A DNA stretch of 64,000 nt from assembly GCA_015058145.1 (NCBI GenBank), contig SVCX01000001.1, forward strand, positions 76,297 to 140,296. Reading direction: 5' to 3'. Source of the DNA: Clostridiales bacterium. Its GTDB lineage: Bacteria > Bacillota > Clostridia > Peptostreptococcales > Anaerovoracaceae. Of the stretch, positions 19,281-29,126 are shown one piece after another. Below the pieces are notes generated by a model, which saw only the letters and a program-made list of their open reading frames with translations, did not search any database and was not told where the DNA came from. The position numbers and the translations under genes were made by a program. Each line of letters starts with the position of its first letter. Position 1 is the first letter of the stretch.

Positions 19281-19352
19281 AATCAAACTCCGTTTTCTTT
19301 CAATTGAATTATCACATTACTACTTTTGTTGAAAATGATACAAATATAATAC

Positions 19353-19367
19353 GCAAATGCTGTGCCA
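19353..19367 (-). promoter_or_regulatory. Sigma54 -24/-12 promoter of the dehydrogenase gene
   Basis: TGGCAC-AGCAT-TTGC, exact consensus. Confidence 0.88.
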
Positions 19368-19466
19368 ATATATATTGCGATTTTATTGCGTTATGATGCT
19401 GTTTTACCCCTTTCTGCTATTGTTTTGAGTACAAAAATCAAAAAAATCATAAGCTCTGCAACAGTT

Positions 19467-19484
19467 TGTTGCTAATATGCAACA
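19467..19484. promoter_or_regulatory. Putative enhancer (UAS) for the sigma54 activator
   Basis: Palindrome TGTTGC-TAATAT-GCAACA (TGT-N12-ACA type); the same box recurs at 27886. Confidence 0.75.
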
Positions 19485-19564
19485 AAAGTTGTTGGTTTTT
19501 TGTTAAAGCTGTTATAAAATTAACAATACGACAGTACTACTTTAAATTGAATCAGGAGAATACC

Positions 19565-21100
19565 ATGGATCAGGTACTGGCAATCAAACAAGTTCAGGAA
19601 AAAATCAATAAAGCGCTCGCACAGGAAACGGCTATGAACCCTGAGGGCACTTCTGCCCTTCTGAAAGAAATCGCTTCAGATTTAGATGTCTTTCTCGATA
19701 AGGGCATCGATTTTAAGATCGTCGTTGACAGCCTGGATGACAGCGTCATGATAACTGACAAGGAAGGAACTGTCCTTTACGTCAATCCTGCTTATGAGCG
19801 GAATACAGAAATCTTGTCTGAGGAAGTTTTAGGCAGAACGGTACAAGATATCCTCGATGAGGGAAAATTGTTTACCGGCGGTTCTACACTCGATGTTATC
19901 AAACAGAAAAAGCGGGTATTCCGACTCGCAAGCACACTTAAGTCAGGCGCTCCCCGCATTGGATACACCGTGGGAGCCCCTATTTTTGATGAAGATGGAG
20001 AATTGCACCAAGTCGTAGTCAACAGCAGACCAATCGATACACTGAATGGTCTGCGCAAAGACTATGAACATTTTCTGGAGGATACTGCGGCCCAAAATAG
20101 TAACCAAAATACAGTCAAATTATATGAATCAGCCGATGACCCAATTCTTTCTGAAAGTCTCATTGGATCCTCAGCATCTCTCCGTGATGTATGGGAGATG
20201 ATTCAAAAGGTTGCGCCTACAGATGCAAGCGTCATGATTTCCGGTGAATCCGGCGTAGGAAAAGAAATCGTCGCTGATGAGATTTACAAGATGGGGCCGA
20301 GAAAAGATAAACCATTTGTAAAGGTCAACTGTGCATCCATACCAGCCAACCTTCTGGAATCCGAGTTGTTTGGCTATGAGAAAGGTGCCTTCACAGGAGC
20401 CAACGCTTCCGGCAAGAAGGGTCTGTTTGAAATGGCCAATCACGGTACGCTTCTCCTCGACGAAATCGGCGACATGCCTTTGGATCTGCAGGTAAAACTG
20501 CTCCGAGCCATTCAAAACAAGGAAATAACCCGTGTAGGAGGAACAAAGGCGATTCCTCTGGATATCCGATTCATCTCTGCCACAAATGCAGACTTAAAAC
20601 AGAAAATCGAAGAAGGCACGTTCCGGCGGGATCTCTTCTACCGTCTCAGCGTCATTCCGATTCACATTCCGCCACTTCGGGACCGTACCGAAGATTTAGA
20701 GGAACTCTGCAATCACTTCATCGATATTTACGGTGAACATCATGGAAGATGGATTCATCTTTCCCCTTCACATCTGGAATTGATGAAACATTATAGCTGG
20801 CCGGGAAACATACGCGAACTGGAAAACGTCATCGAATACCTCAGCATCTGCAGTTCCGGTACCGGAAGCATTGAGACCAAGATGCTGCAGAGCCTGCTCA
20901 ATATGGATGAAAGTATTGTTTCAGAATCAAATGGAGGCACGCTTGCAGAATCGACGGAGCAGCATGAGATTGCACGAATCGAAGACGCTCTTGCGAATTC
21001 CCATAACCTGCGTGAAGCGGGAAAGATCCTCGGTGTCAATGCATCGACCGTCTCGAGAAAGATTAAACAGTACGGCATCGACTACCCTAAGTACAAGTAA
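19565..21100 (+). CDS. Sigma54-dependent transcriptional activator (PAS, AAA+, HTH)
   Basis: PAS ([15 protein letters not shown]), [42 protein letters not shown]-terminal HTH; AGGAG RBS. Confidence 0.95.
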   Translation: MDQVLAIKQVQEKINKALAQETAMNPEGTSALLKEIASDLDVFLDKGIDFKIVVDSLDDSVMITDKEGTVLYVNPAYERNTEILSEEVLGRTVQDILDEGKLFTGGSTLDVIKQKKRVFRLASTLKSGAPRIGYTVGAPIFDEDGELHQVVVNSRPIDTLNGLRKDYEHFLEDTAAQNSNQNTVKLYESADDPILSESLIGSSASLRDVWEMIQKVAPTDASVMISGESGVGKEIVADEIYKMGPRKDKPFVKVNCASIPANLLESELFGYEKGAFTGANASGKKGLFEMANHGTLLLDEIGDMPLDLQVKLLRAIQNKEITRVGGTKAIPLDIRFISATNADLKQKIEEGTFRRDLFYRLSVIPIHIPPLRDRTEDLEELCNHFIDIYGEHHGRWIHLSPSHLELMKHYSWPGNIRELENVIEYLSICSSGTGSIETKMLQSLLNMDESIVSESNGGTLAESTEQHEIARIEDALANSHNLREAGKILGVNASTVSRKIKQYGIDYPKYK

Positions 21101-21115
21101 TTACAAGTAAAATAG

Positions 21116-21160
21116 AAGCTGCTGCCCGACACAAAGTATGTACGTTGCAGCAGCTTATTT
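21116..21160. terminator. Hairpin between the convergent activator and cyclase genes
   Basis: aagctgctgc ... gcagcagctt followed by atttt; long loop. Confidence 0.5.
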
Positions 21161-21194
21161 TAGTTATCTGATCGTGACAAAGTCACCCAACGGA

Positions 21195-22112
21195 TTAATA
21201 TACTCCGTACGGATATTCCTTATCAGGAACACTTCTGTCGATTCTGTCTGATGGAACAAACGCAACTGCTCTTACGATTGTGCCGTCGCCCATGTACCAA
21301 CGAAGCGGGAATGCGCAGAACAGGAATCTCTGGTTCTTAACCTTATCCAGGTCGCCACCCAGATTCTCAATACCCATAACGTTATGGGCAAGCAGAATGT
21401 CATGGCAAGGTTCCCACTCAGGGAAATCTTCCTCAACAGGATGTCCGGCCATCTCTTCATACTCTTCTACCACGCGTGGTACGTAAGGTCCAGGACCGTG
21501 CTTGCCGCCATAAGTGTACAGGAAATGGTCAATGGCCTGCATATCGAAGCCTACTCCCTTAACATGATGCTCTACGAACCACCAAGCTCCTTCAATGGAG
21601 AGTCCTGGGGAGAATCCGAAATAATCCTCGTTCTCACCCCAACGTCTGTGTGTGCCGGTATTCAGCAGTACCCAGTCGCCTTCCTTGATGCCGCCGGGAA
21701 CCTTCTTGGCTGCTTCTTCGATATCTTCCACGGAGATCATTTCCCATTTACCCTTAGGAATATCCAGGCATACTGCTTCACCAAAGTAGTTCTGGATCGG
21801 CAGTTCATGTGTAAACGGGCTCTCCGGAATAACATGTGACGGAGAGTCAGCATGGGTTGAGTTGTGCATATGGAATGAATTGAATGTCTGCAGAAGTCTG
21901 TAGTGCATTGGCATATGCTGTACTCTATCGATATGGAAATCGCCATTGGACGGCCAAAGCGGATTGCCTCTTCCAAACGGATTGGAGAGATCAATCAGTT
22001 CAAACTGGCCATCCTTGAACATCTCAAAGATGCTGCCGTCATAAGGCTTCTTCCAGTCGTTGGTATGCGCATAGTTTTCTTCACGCGTGTGTCTTTCGTA
22101 AATTTCTGACAT
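21195..22112 (-). CDS. Cyclase family (kynurenine formamidase-like) metal-dependent amidohydrolase
   Basis: IDLS, HNSTHADSPSH (HxGTHxDxPxH variant), VLLNTG, PGLS..GA, GIENL, FPLR..GDG..VRAVA. Confidence 0.87.
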   Translation of the reverse strand: MSEIYERHTREENYAHTNDWKKPYDGSIFEMFKDGQFELIDLSNPFGRGNPLWPSNGDFHIDRVQHMPMHYRLLQTFNSFHMHNSTHADSPSHVIPESPFTHELPIQNYFGEAVCLDIPKGKWEMISVEDIEEAAKKVPGGIKEGDWVLLNTGTHRRWGENEDYFGFSPGLSIEGAWWFVEHHVKGVGFDMQAIDHFLYTYGGKHGPGPYVPRVVEEYEEMAGHPVEEDFPEWEPCHDILLAHNVMGIENLGGDLDKVKNQRFLFCAFPLRWYMGDGTIVRAVAFVPSDRIDRSVPDKEYPYGVY

Positions 22113-22134
22113 CGTAGTTCTCCTTTCTGAAAAA

Positions 22135-22656
22135 CTATATTCTGACGATTCTGCCCGGCTTACGCTCCGGCGCATCCGGCAGATCTCCGGCTCTGTATCC
22201 GAGGATGCAGTTACCGATTCCTACATAGCTTTCACCGATTCCCCACTTGGCTTTCAGCGCTTTGCCTTCTTCTGTTTCGAAGACTTCCTTCGCTCTGTGA
22301 ACCCAACAGGAATCTACGCCTTCCGAAAAGGCTGCGAGCATCATGTTTCCGATGACAAGACTGCCGTCTTCCACAGGAGTAGCTGTCTCCGCAGCATCTG
22401 CAAAGACCACAACAACCGTTGGAGCACCATAGAACGGGTCGATATCCATTCCCATGATTTTGGCATTCAGTCCGCCCATCATTGCGATGATTTCAGGGTC
22501 CTGTACAGGTACAAGTACAGTAGCCTGCGTTCCCATTCCGCTCGCCGCATAGGTACCGGCTTCCAAAATAGCGTCCAGCTGTGCATCAGTGATCTGATCG
22601 TTCCTGAACGCTCTGATGCTGCGTCTTTCCTTCATTGTTTTAATAATTTCGTTCAT
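22135..22656 (-). CDS. Nitroreductase family flavoprotein
   Basis: RRSIRAF, AGTYAASG, PFYGAP, NMMLAA..GVDSCW, LGY. Confidence 0.9.
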   Translation of the reverse strand: MNEIIKTMKERRSIRAFRNDQITDAQLDAILEAGTYAASGMGTQATVLVPVQDPEIIAMMGGLNAKIMGMDIDPFYGAPTVVVVFADAAETATPVEDGSLVIGNMMLAAFSEGVDSCWVHRAKEVFETEEGKALKAKWGIGESYVGIGNCILGYRAGDLPDAPERKPGRIVRI

Positions 22657-22683
22657 TTTAGTATCCTTTTCACTCAGTGTGAT

Positions 22684-23529
22684 CTACACTCCAAGGATCT
22701 CTCTGGCCTCTTCTGGTGTCGCTGGTTCTTTGCCCATTTCTCTGGCGATGCGGACCACCCTGGCTATGAACTGTTCGTTGGACTCTGCCAGAACGCCCTT
22801 GTTATAGTATACGTTATCTTCCAGTCCAACACGGACGTTTCCGCCCATGGCGATACCGGAAAGCAGAATTTCATTGGCACCTCTGCCGATACCGAATGTG
22901 CTCCAGGTGCAGTCTTCCGGCAGATGATTGACAAGGTAAACCAAGTTTTCCGTTGTCGCTTCCATGCCGCCCGGCGCGCCCAGACACAGCTGGAAGTGTG
23001 CCGGTCCCTTGATGATGCCCTTCTTAAGGTAGTACTTTGCTGTGTTCAGCATACCCATGTCAAAGACTTCAATCTCAGGCTTAACATTGACTTCCTGCAT
23101 GACTTCTCCGCACTTTTCGAGGAAACCAGGCTCATTCATGAATACGACTGAGTGCAGCCAGTTCATGGTGCCTGCGTCAAAGGATGCCATCTCAGGTCTC
23201 AGTTCCTTGAACGGTTTGATACGCTCATCCCAACTGAATCCCTGTCCACCGGAAGATGTAAGATTGATGACGCCCGGGAAGTTCCCGTCACGCAATTTGG
23301 TAACGATTTCTTCAAATCTGTCAAAACGCATGCTCGGCGTGTCATCTTCGTTTCTGACGTGGATGTGAACACAGGCTGCGCCTGCTTCATAGCACTTCCA
23401 TGCAGATGCAACGATTTCATCCGGCTGTGTCGGCAGAGCTGGATTGTCATTCTTCGTGGTAACAGCTCCTGTCAGCGCTGCTGAAATAATGATTTTATCT
23501 TTATGATTTGATCTTCTAGTATCGAACAT
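22684..23529 (-). CDS. Beta-keto acid cleavage enzyme (BKACE/DUF849, Kce family)
   Basis: ALTGA, NPALP, EAGAACVHIHVR, KPEIEVFD, GGNVRVGLEDN, ATPEEAREILG. Confidence 0.93.
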   Translation of the reverse strand: MFDTRRSNHKDKIIISAALTGAVTTKNDNPALPTQPDEIVASAWKCYEAGAACVHIHVRNEDDTPSMRFDRFEEIVTKLRDGNFPGVINLTSSGGQGFSWDERIKPFKELRPEMASFDAGTMNWLHSVVFMNEPGFLEKCGEVMQEVNVKPEIEVFDMGMLNTAKYYLKKGIIKGPAHFQLCLGAPGGMEATTENLVYLVNHLPEDCTWSTFGIGRGANEILLSGIAMGGNVRVGLEDNVYYNKGVLAESNEQFIARVVRIAREMGKEPATPEEAREILGV

Positions 23530-23568
23530 TATGATACTTCCTTTCCTAACGATTCATGCTGCTCGTGT

Positions 23569-24747
23569 TTACACCATTTCGACAAGAACTGCAACTCCCA
23601 TTCCGCCTCCGGCGCAAAGGGTTGCAATGCCGTATTTCTGCTCTCTCTTCTTGAGTTCATGGACGAGAGTAACCACCAGTCGCGCTCCGGTAGCGCCTAC
23701 CGGATGACCGATCGAGATACCACCGCCGTTAACATTCAGCTTGTCTATGTCGATTCCCAGATCTCTCTGGCAGGCAAGACACTGTGCAGCGAAGGCCTCG
23801 TTCATCTCCCACAGATCGATATCCTCTACTGTAAGACCAGCCTTCTTCAGTACTTTCCGGGAAGCGCCAATCGGACCAAGGCCCATGTAATCCGGGTCCA
23901 GACCTACAGCGCCGACGGAGAGTACGCGGGCGATGATCGGAACGCCGAGTTCCTTCGCCTTCTCTTCATTCATCAGGAGAACACCGGATGCGGCGTCATT
24001 CATGCCGGAAGAATTTCCCGCTGTGACTTTACCGTCTTCCTTAAATGTCGCTTTCAGCTTGCCCAGTTTTTCCAGCGAAGTGTCTCTGCGCGGGAACTCA
24101 TCCGTATCGCAGACGGTATCGCCTTTCTTACCTTTGATGGTAATCGGAACGATTTCATCCTTGAATTTGCCCGCATCGATTGCTGCGACAGCACGCTGAT
24201 GACTCTGCAGTGCATAGGCGTCCATTTCTTCTCTGGTGATTCCATAACGCTCCGCCACGTTCTCGGCCGTGATGCCCATAGCCGGACCAACGCCCAGATT
24301 CGTGAAGGAGTCCCACATGGAGTCGCGAAGCTCCATGTGGCCGTACTTCTTTCCATAACGCGCGTCGAAAACCATGTGCGGCGCAGTGCTCATACTGTCA
24401 GCTCCGCCAGCCATGATGCAGTCTGCCTCTCCAGCAGCGATCTGGTAAAAACCAAACTGGATAGATGAAAGTGAAGAGGTGCAGTTCCTATGAATGGTGA
24501 TACCAGGAACGCTCTCAGGCAAACCTGCCTTTACTGCGGCTACACGTGCCAGATTGTTTTCTTTATATGTTCTCTGGTAGTTGCATCCCCAGATGACATC
24601 TTCGATGATCTCAGGATCGACGCCGGATCTTTTGATAAGTTCCTGCATAATCGGAATAGACAAATCCAATGATGTGATGGTCTTGTACATTCCGCCCAGG
24701 GCTCCGACTGCCGTTCTGCAAGCCGCTACGATTACTACGTTATTCAT
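23569..24747 (-). CDS. Thiolase (acetyl-CoA C-acyltransferase)
   Basis: RNCTSS catalytic Cys, TAGNSSGMNDAA, NEAFA, GHPVGATG, LCAGGGMG. Confidence 0.95.
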   Translation of the reverse strand: MNNVVIVAACRTAVGALGGMYKTITSLDLSIPIMQELIKRSGVDPEIIEDVIWGCNYQRTYKENNLARVAAVKAGLPESVPGITIHRNCTSSLSSIQFGFYQIAAGEADCIMAGGADSMSTAPHMVFDARYGKKYGHMELRDSMWDSFTNLGVGPAMGITAENVAERYGITREEMDAYALQSHQRAVAAIDAGKFKDEIVPITIKGKKGDTVCDTDEFPRRDTSLEKLGKLKATFKEDGKVTAGNSSGMNDAASGVLLMNEEKAKELGVPIIARVLSVGAVGLDPDYMGLGPIGASRKVLKKAGLTVEDIDLWEMNEAFAAQCLACQRDLGIDIDKLNVNGGGISIGHPVGATGARLVVTLVHELKKREQKYGIATLCAGGGMGVAVLVEMV

Positions 24748-24778
24748 TACGATAATCCTTCCTGTTTATTGCTTTTGC

Positions 24779-26122
24779 TTAGCCTTCAAGATGTTCGCCT
24801 GTAACTTCTTCTTCCTTCGCATAGTCCAGATTGTACTTTCTTGTGTTCAGTACGGAAATCAGGACGAAGTTGATGATCAGCAGTCCGATGAATACTACAT
24901 AAGCTCCTCTCAGTGAGCCGGTTACTCTCAGTGCTGTAGCATTTACGATGTAGTTCAGCATGAGAACAATCTGCATGATTGGGAAGTAGATTGAATATAC
25001 GATATCGAAGCTGTGACGTCCAAATACGGATGCAGGCAGTGAAGTCATGAAGTTTGCTGCTGCGCCGATTGCTACACCGATCATAGCTACGCAGATGTAG
25101 CCTCCTGTCATGTTGTTGAACAGTACGTTTACAGCAAGTGCAACCATGTACCAGAGCAGGAATGCTCTTACTGCGGTCTTAACACCCAGCTTCTGGTCGA
25201 TGAATCCGAATGCGAATGATCCGGCCAGACCAATCAGTGCGCATACAGTCATCAGAGCGATCGCCTTGTTCGGCTCGAATCCGAGCTCGATGTTTCTAGG
25301 AACGAGCTGTGACATTACACCGGTTGTTACCATCTGGTTGATACCGATGATCAGAGCAACGATCCACATTTCCTTTGTCTTGAGAAGATCTTTAACTGTC
25401 CATCTTGCCGGAGCGTCGTTTGACATGTCAGCATACTCTCTGTCATATACATCCTGCGTAACGTTGTCAGGAAGCACACCCATTTCCTGAGGAGTGTTTC
25501 TGATGATGAAGATTGCGATGAACGCAATGACGATAGCTGCGATACCAGTAATAGTCATACCTTTGCCCATGCCGTAAGCGCCAATCAGGAATGCGATGAG
25601 CGGTACGTACAGAGCAGAACCGAGGTTGTGACCCATTGTAGTGAATCCGTTTGCCAGACCCTTCTTCTTAGGCATCCACTGAGTTACAAGGTTTCCGCCG
25701 CCCAGATAAGCTGCTGCATTGATGAATACAGTAACCAGAGTCAAACCTGCGAAATAAGTTCCCAGTGTAGTTGAGTGCCCATAGAAGATGTAAGACAAAC
25801 CGGCCAGTGCCAGGCATACGACTGACAGCCACTTGGCGCCGATCTTCGTGAGGATGCGACCGATGACAAAGTATGCTACTACGCCAATAAATCCGGCCCA
25901 CATAGCCAGTTCAAGCAGTTTCGCGTGGAGGAGTGTTGGATCAGAGTATCCCAGCTCCTGCCAGTGTGCGTTAACGAATACATCGATGACGATGTTCTGA
26001 CCGTCGATTGAGAAGCCGATCAGGAACCAGAACATGATCATGCTGTAAAAGATGATGATCCAGCCTTTACCAAAGTTCAGTTTGGTGTTTTCGGACTGGA
26101 GCTGCTGTCCATTCTGTGACAT
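24779..26122 (-). CDS. MFS transporter
   Basis: ~12 hydrophobic segments, WMPKKKGLANG, GFIDQKLG, FGRHSF. Confidence 0.88.
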   Translation of the reverse strand: MSQNGQQLQSENTKLNFGKGWIIIFYSMIMFWFLIGFSIDGQNIVIDVFVNAHWQELGYSDPTLLHAKLLELAMWAGFIGVVAYFVIGRILTKIGAKWLSVVCLALAGLSYIFYGHSTTLGTYFAGLTLVTVFINAAAYLGGGNLVTQWMPKKKGLANGFTTMGHNLGSALYVPLIAFLIGAYGMGKGMTITGIAAIVIAFIAIFIIRNTPQEMGVLPDNVTQDVYDREYADMSNDAPARWTVKDLLKTKEMWIVALIIGINQMVTTGVMSQLVPRNIELGFEPNKAIALMTVCALIGLAGSFAFGFIDQKLGVKTAVRAFLLWYMVALAVNVLFNNMTGGYICVAMIGVAIGAAANFMTSLPASVFGRHSFDIVYSIYFPIMQIVLMLNYIVNATALRVTGSLRGAYVVFIGLLIINFVLISVLNTRKYNLDYAKEEEVTGEHLEG

Positions 26123-26159
26123 AATTTTTTCTCCTTAAATTGATTGGTAATGATAACTA

Positions 26160-26423
26160 TTATTCTCCAAAGGCTTCATCTGTTGCCGCTTTGACCATTT
26201 CATCCCAAGTCTCGTATTCAGTGCTCTCCTTGACGAAGTTGTTGAAAACAACCAGGGAATAGACAAGTCTTGGTGCATCCCAGCTTGCCATAACGGCGCT
26301 GGAATAGCGGAAGCCTTCGAAATTCTTGAAATTTGTATGCTTCTGCATGAACTCGTCGCTGAAGATTCTGTTCAGAAGGTCCTTCAGCTCCTGAGTATTG
26401 TTAATGGAAACATAATCGTTCAT
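26160..26423 (-). CDS. Small hypothetical protein translationally coupled to the DUF362 gene
   Basis: 87 aa; TAATG overlap at 26423; internal pseudo-repeat FSDEFMQKHTNF / FNNFVKESTEY. Confidence 0.75.
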   Translation of the reverse strand: MNDYVSINNTQELKDLLNRIFSDEFMQKHTNFKNFEGFRYSSAVMASWDAPRLVYSLVVFNNFVKESTEYETWDEMVKAATDEAFGE

Positions 26424-27709
26424 TATTTGCTCTCCGGATGTTCTTTGAAGTACTCTTCTGCTTTCGCGAATACGTAATCATGCCATACCTGAGCGTCTCT
26501 CGCCATGCAAGGTCTGATGATCTCGTCTTCCTGATCGCCCATTCCGTTGATGATTTCTTTTCTCTGGATGGTCAGATAAAGAGCTGGCTCGTTTGGAGGG
26601 CATCCCAGTATCCAGAACGCATTAGGATGATCCTTCAGGTACTTCTTTGTGCAGTTTCCGTGGAGAACGAGCTTCTCGTCAGGAATGTCCTTAGGAATTT
26701 CGTTCTGCGGTCCGATGACAACGGTCATGCCTGCGTTCTTGTCGTACTCGCCGACTGCTTTCAGCTCTTCCATGTTGATCGCGAGCAGAGCCTGGCAGCT
26801 GGAGCATCCGCCTTCGCAGCGAACATCGTATTCCGGCCATCTCGTACTCATGTCGCCGATGTAAGGAATCCACATCTGCTTAAAGCATTCCTCTACAGTG
26901 TTTCCTACAACTTCAATGTCCTCGAGATCGTACTTTCCGAGACCTACTTCCTTAGCTACATTGAAGTAGTCTACTGCAGAAGTATCGATTCCTGTTACTT
27001 CGCAAGCGATTCTGTCGATTGCGACAGGGTCCTTGGAACCGAGAACCATATTGGATTCAATTGGAACTGGCATGTGCGGTGAATATCCGGAAGCTGCTCT
27101 CATAGCGTCCATGATGTTCAGATCAGCCTTACATACGGACCAAACGTCCATCATAGCCATGGTCAGGTTCTGCTGGTGCATCTGCATATGTACCTTATCC
27201 TGTACTACGCCCTTGATGTTCTTCAGTGCGCCTGAGAATACCATGCTGGCGTGAGCCTTCAGAATCGGCAGATTGATGAGATGCTCCGCTTCCATAAGTC
27301 TCTTAGGAAGCTTCACATGTGAGATGTTGGATCTGAAGTCTCTTACAGCTACATTTACCAGATCCTTGTCTCTCTTGATGTCATAAGTTTCAACGCCTTC
27401 TTCATCAGCTACTGCCTGGATGCCGCTTACTCTGAAGCATTCGATCGTATCGCATCCGATAGCTGCTGCTTCAGCAATAACGATTTCTTTAGGATTGGCC
27501 TTTCTTACCTCTCTGATGACTGCTCTGACAACTTCAGGATTCGTGCAAACTGAAGTTTCAGGTGGCTCAGCGTGGCCGACATTCGGCTTGATCATAACCG
27601 TTGTTCCCGGTCTGATCACGTTTTCAACGCCGCCCAGAAGGTCAAACACTTTGGTAACATTAGCCTGTACATCTTCACCCTTCACGAGTGCTACTAAAGA
27701 TTTTGACAT
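26423..27709 (-). CDS. DUF362-domain protein with C-terminal Cys-rich (Fe-S) domain
   Basis: IKPN, TNPEVVRAV, INLPILKAH, FSGALKNIKG, DPVAID; C-terminal CEGGCSSC, GNC, GCPP; GAGG RBS before ATG 27709. Confidence 0.88.
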   Translation of the reverse strand: MSKSLVALVKGEDVQANVTKVFDLLGGVENVIRPGTTVMIKPNVGHAEPPETSVCTNPEVVRAVIREVRKANPKEIVIAEAAAIGCDTIECFRVSGIQAVADEEGVETYDIKRDKDLVNVAVRDFRSNISHVKLPKRLMEAEHLINLPILKAHASMVFSGALKNIKGVVQDKVHMQMHQQNLTMAMMDVWSVCKADLNIMDAMRAASGYSPHMPVPIESNMVLGSKDPVAIDRIACEVTGIDTSAVDYFNVAKEVGLGKYDLEDIEVVGNTVEECFKQMWIPYIGDMSTRWPEYDVRCEGGCSSCQALLAINMEELKAVGEYDKNAGMTVVIGPQNEIPKDIPDEKLVLHGNCTKKYLKDHPNAFWILGCPPNEPALYLTIQRKEIINGMGDQEDEIIRPCMARDAQVWHDYVFAKAEEYFKEHPESK

Positions 27710-27781
27710 AAGTTCACCTCTTTGCTTTCTGGTTTTACTTACAATAACAATTGTGTTCATTTTCAACGCTTTATATATAAA

Positions 27782-27796
27782 GCAAGGGTCGTGCCA
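27782..27796 (-). promoter_or_regulatory. Sigma54 -24/-12 promoter of the DUF362...cyclase operon
   Basis: TGGCAC-GACCC-TTGC. Confidence 0.88.
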
Positions 27797-27873
27797 AAAT
27801 ATATTTCCGCGAATTATGCAAAACCAAAGGAAATTTTGTTACATAGGGTATTTTTATTGCAATCTGTTGCAAC

Positions 27874-27908
27874 AAAAAAAGAATCTGTTGCATATTCGCA
27901 ACAGATTC
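27874..27908 (-). terminator. Intrinsic terminator of the ADH gene that contains the second activator box
   Basis: Minus strand GAATCTGTTGC-GAATAT-GCAACAGATTC-TTTTTTT; core TGTTGC-N6-GCAACA at 27886-27903. Confidence 0.75.
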
Positions 27909-27935
27909 TTGCATTATTCATGCAATAATATTGAA

Positions 27936-29081
27936 TCAATAAGCTTGTTTCAGAATCTCGATCACATCTTCTTTTGTAATGTTCTGACGAGGGTTGAATC
28001 CAAGAACCGGTTCATTAAGCACATCACAGGCCAGCATATCGAAGTCATCTTCCAATATACCCTGCTCTTTCAATGTTTTGATACCGAGAGTCTTAGTAAG
28101 TTCCAAAAGTGCGTCAGAGAGAAGATATTTGTCTTCTGAGAGGTTTCCTGACGGGGAAAGACCTATGGCTTTTGCCAGATCAACCATCTTCTCCGGGCAG
28201 CTTTCCGCATTGTACCGCATTACGTAAGGAAGCACACAGGCGTTAGCCATACCGTGTGCGAGACCAAAGTGGGCGCTGAGCGTATGGGCGATGCCATGCA
28301 CAAGGCCAAGATTGGCGTTTGAGAAGCTGAATCCGGTAATAATGCAGCCCAGCATCATCTGTTCTCTGGCGTCCATATCATTACCGTCTTCACATACCTT
28401 AGGAAGGTTATGATAGAGAATTTCAAGACCTTTCAGCGCGTTGTACTCTGTCAGCGGCGTCGCCATATTGGAAATGTAGCTCTCCACGGCGTGTGTAATG
28501 GCGTCCATGCCGGTTGCGGCCGTTACGCTCTGCGGAACAGTTCTGGTTAACTCAGGATCCGCAATAACATCTGAAGCGACGATATTATTGTCTATAACAA
28601 CATATTTTATGACTTTTTCCGTGTCGATAAGAGCGCTGACATTGGTGATTTCGCTCGATGTTCCCGCAGTGGTTGGGATAGCGATCAACGGAAGACAAGG
28701 ATTTTTTACCATGTTCATACCGCCATACTGACCGATTTTGCCTTCGTTAGTCATCAGCACGTTAACAGCCTTTGCAAGGTCGATGCTGGATCCGCCGCCA
28801 ACAGCGACAAAGCCCTCTACGCCGGCCTCTTTCGCGATAACCGCGGCTTCTTCAACCACTTCATTGGTCGGATTCGGAATAACACCGTCAAAGATGCAGT
28901 AAGAAACGCCGGACTGTTCCACTTCGTGAACGACTTTGTCGGCAATACCTGCCGCCTTAACGCCCCCGTCATACACAATCATGACGGATTTCAGATTATA
29001 ACTCTTAATGAGTTCCGATAAATCTGCAAGCGCGCCTCTGCCGAAATCAATATTGCTCTTTACGAAAAAATTAAAACTCAT
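27936..29081 (-). CDS. Iron-containing alcohol dehydrogenase
   Basis: GGGSSIDLAK, IPTTAGTSSE, GMDAITHAVESY, LGLVHGIAH, HGMANA. Confidence 0.93.
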   Translation of the reverse strand: MSFNFFVKSNIDFGRGALADLSELIKSYNLKSVMIVYDGGVKAAGIADKVVHEVEQSGVSYCIFDGVIPNPTNEVVEEAAVIAKEAGVEGFVAVGGGSSIDLAKAVNVLMTNEGKIGQYGGMNMVKNPCLPLIAIPTTAGTSSEITNVSALIDTEKVIKYVVIDNNIVASDVIADPELTRTVPQSVTAATGMDAITHAVESYISNMATPLTEYNALKGLEILYHNLPKVCEDGNDMDAREQMMLGCIITGFSFSNANLGLVHGIAHTLSAHFGLAHGMANACVLPYVMRYNAESCPEKMVDLAKAIGLSPSGNLSEDKYLLSDALLELTKTLGIKTLKEQGILEDDFDMLACDVLNEPVLGFNPRQNITKEDVIEILKQAY

Positions 29082-29126
29082 AGTATCCCTCCATAAAAAA
29101 AGACTCTGCTATATGCATAGTAAATA

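Noticed and set aside
21092-21110. Direct repeat TACAAGTAA x2 at the activator stop codon
   Set aside because: A 9-bp micro-duplication with no element between the copies, so not a target-site duplication.
22684-23529. Calling the BKACE gene kce of lysine fermentation
   Set aside because: None of the lysine-pathway partner genes are nearby, so only the family can be supported.
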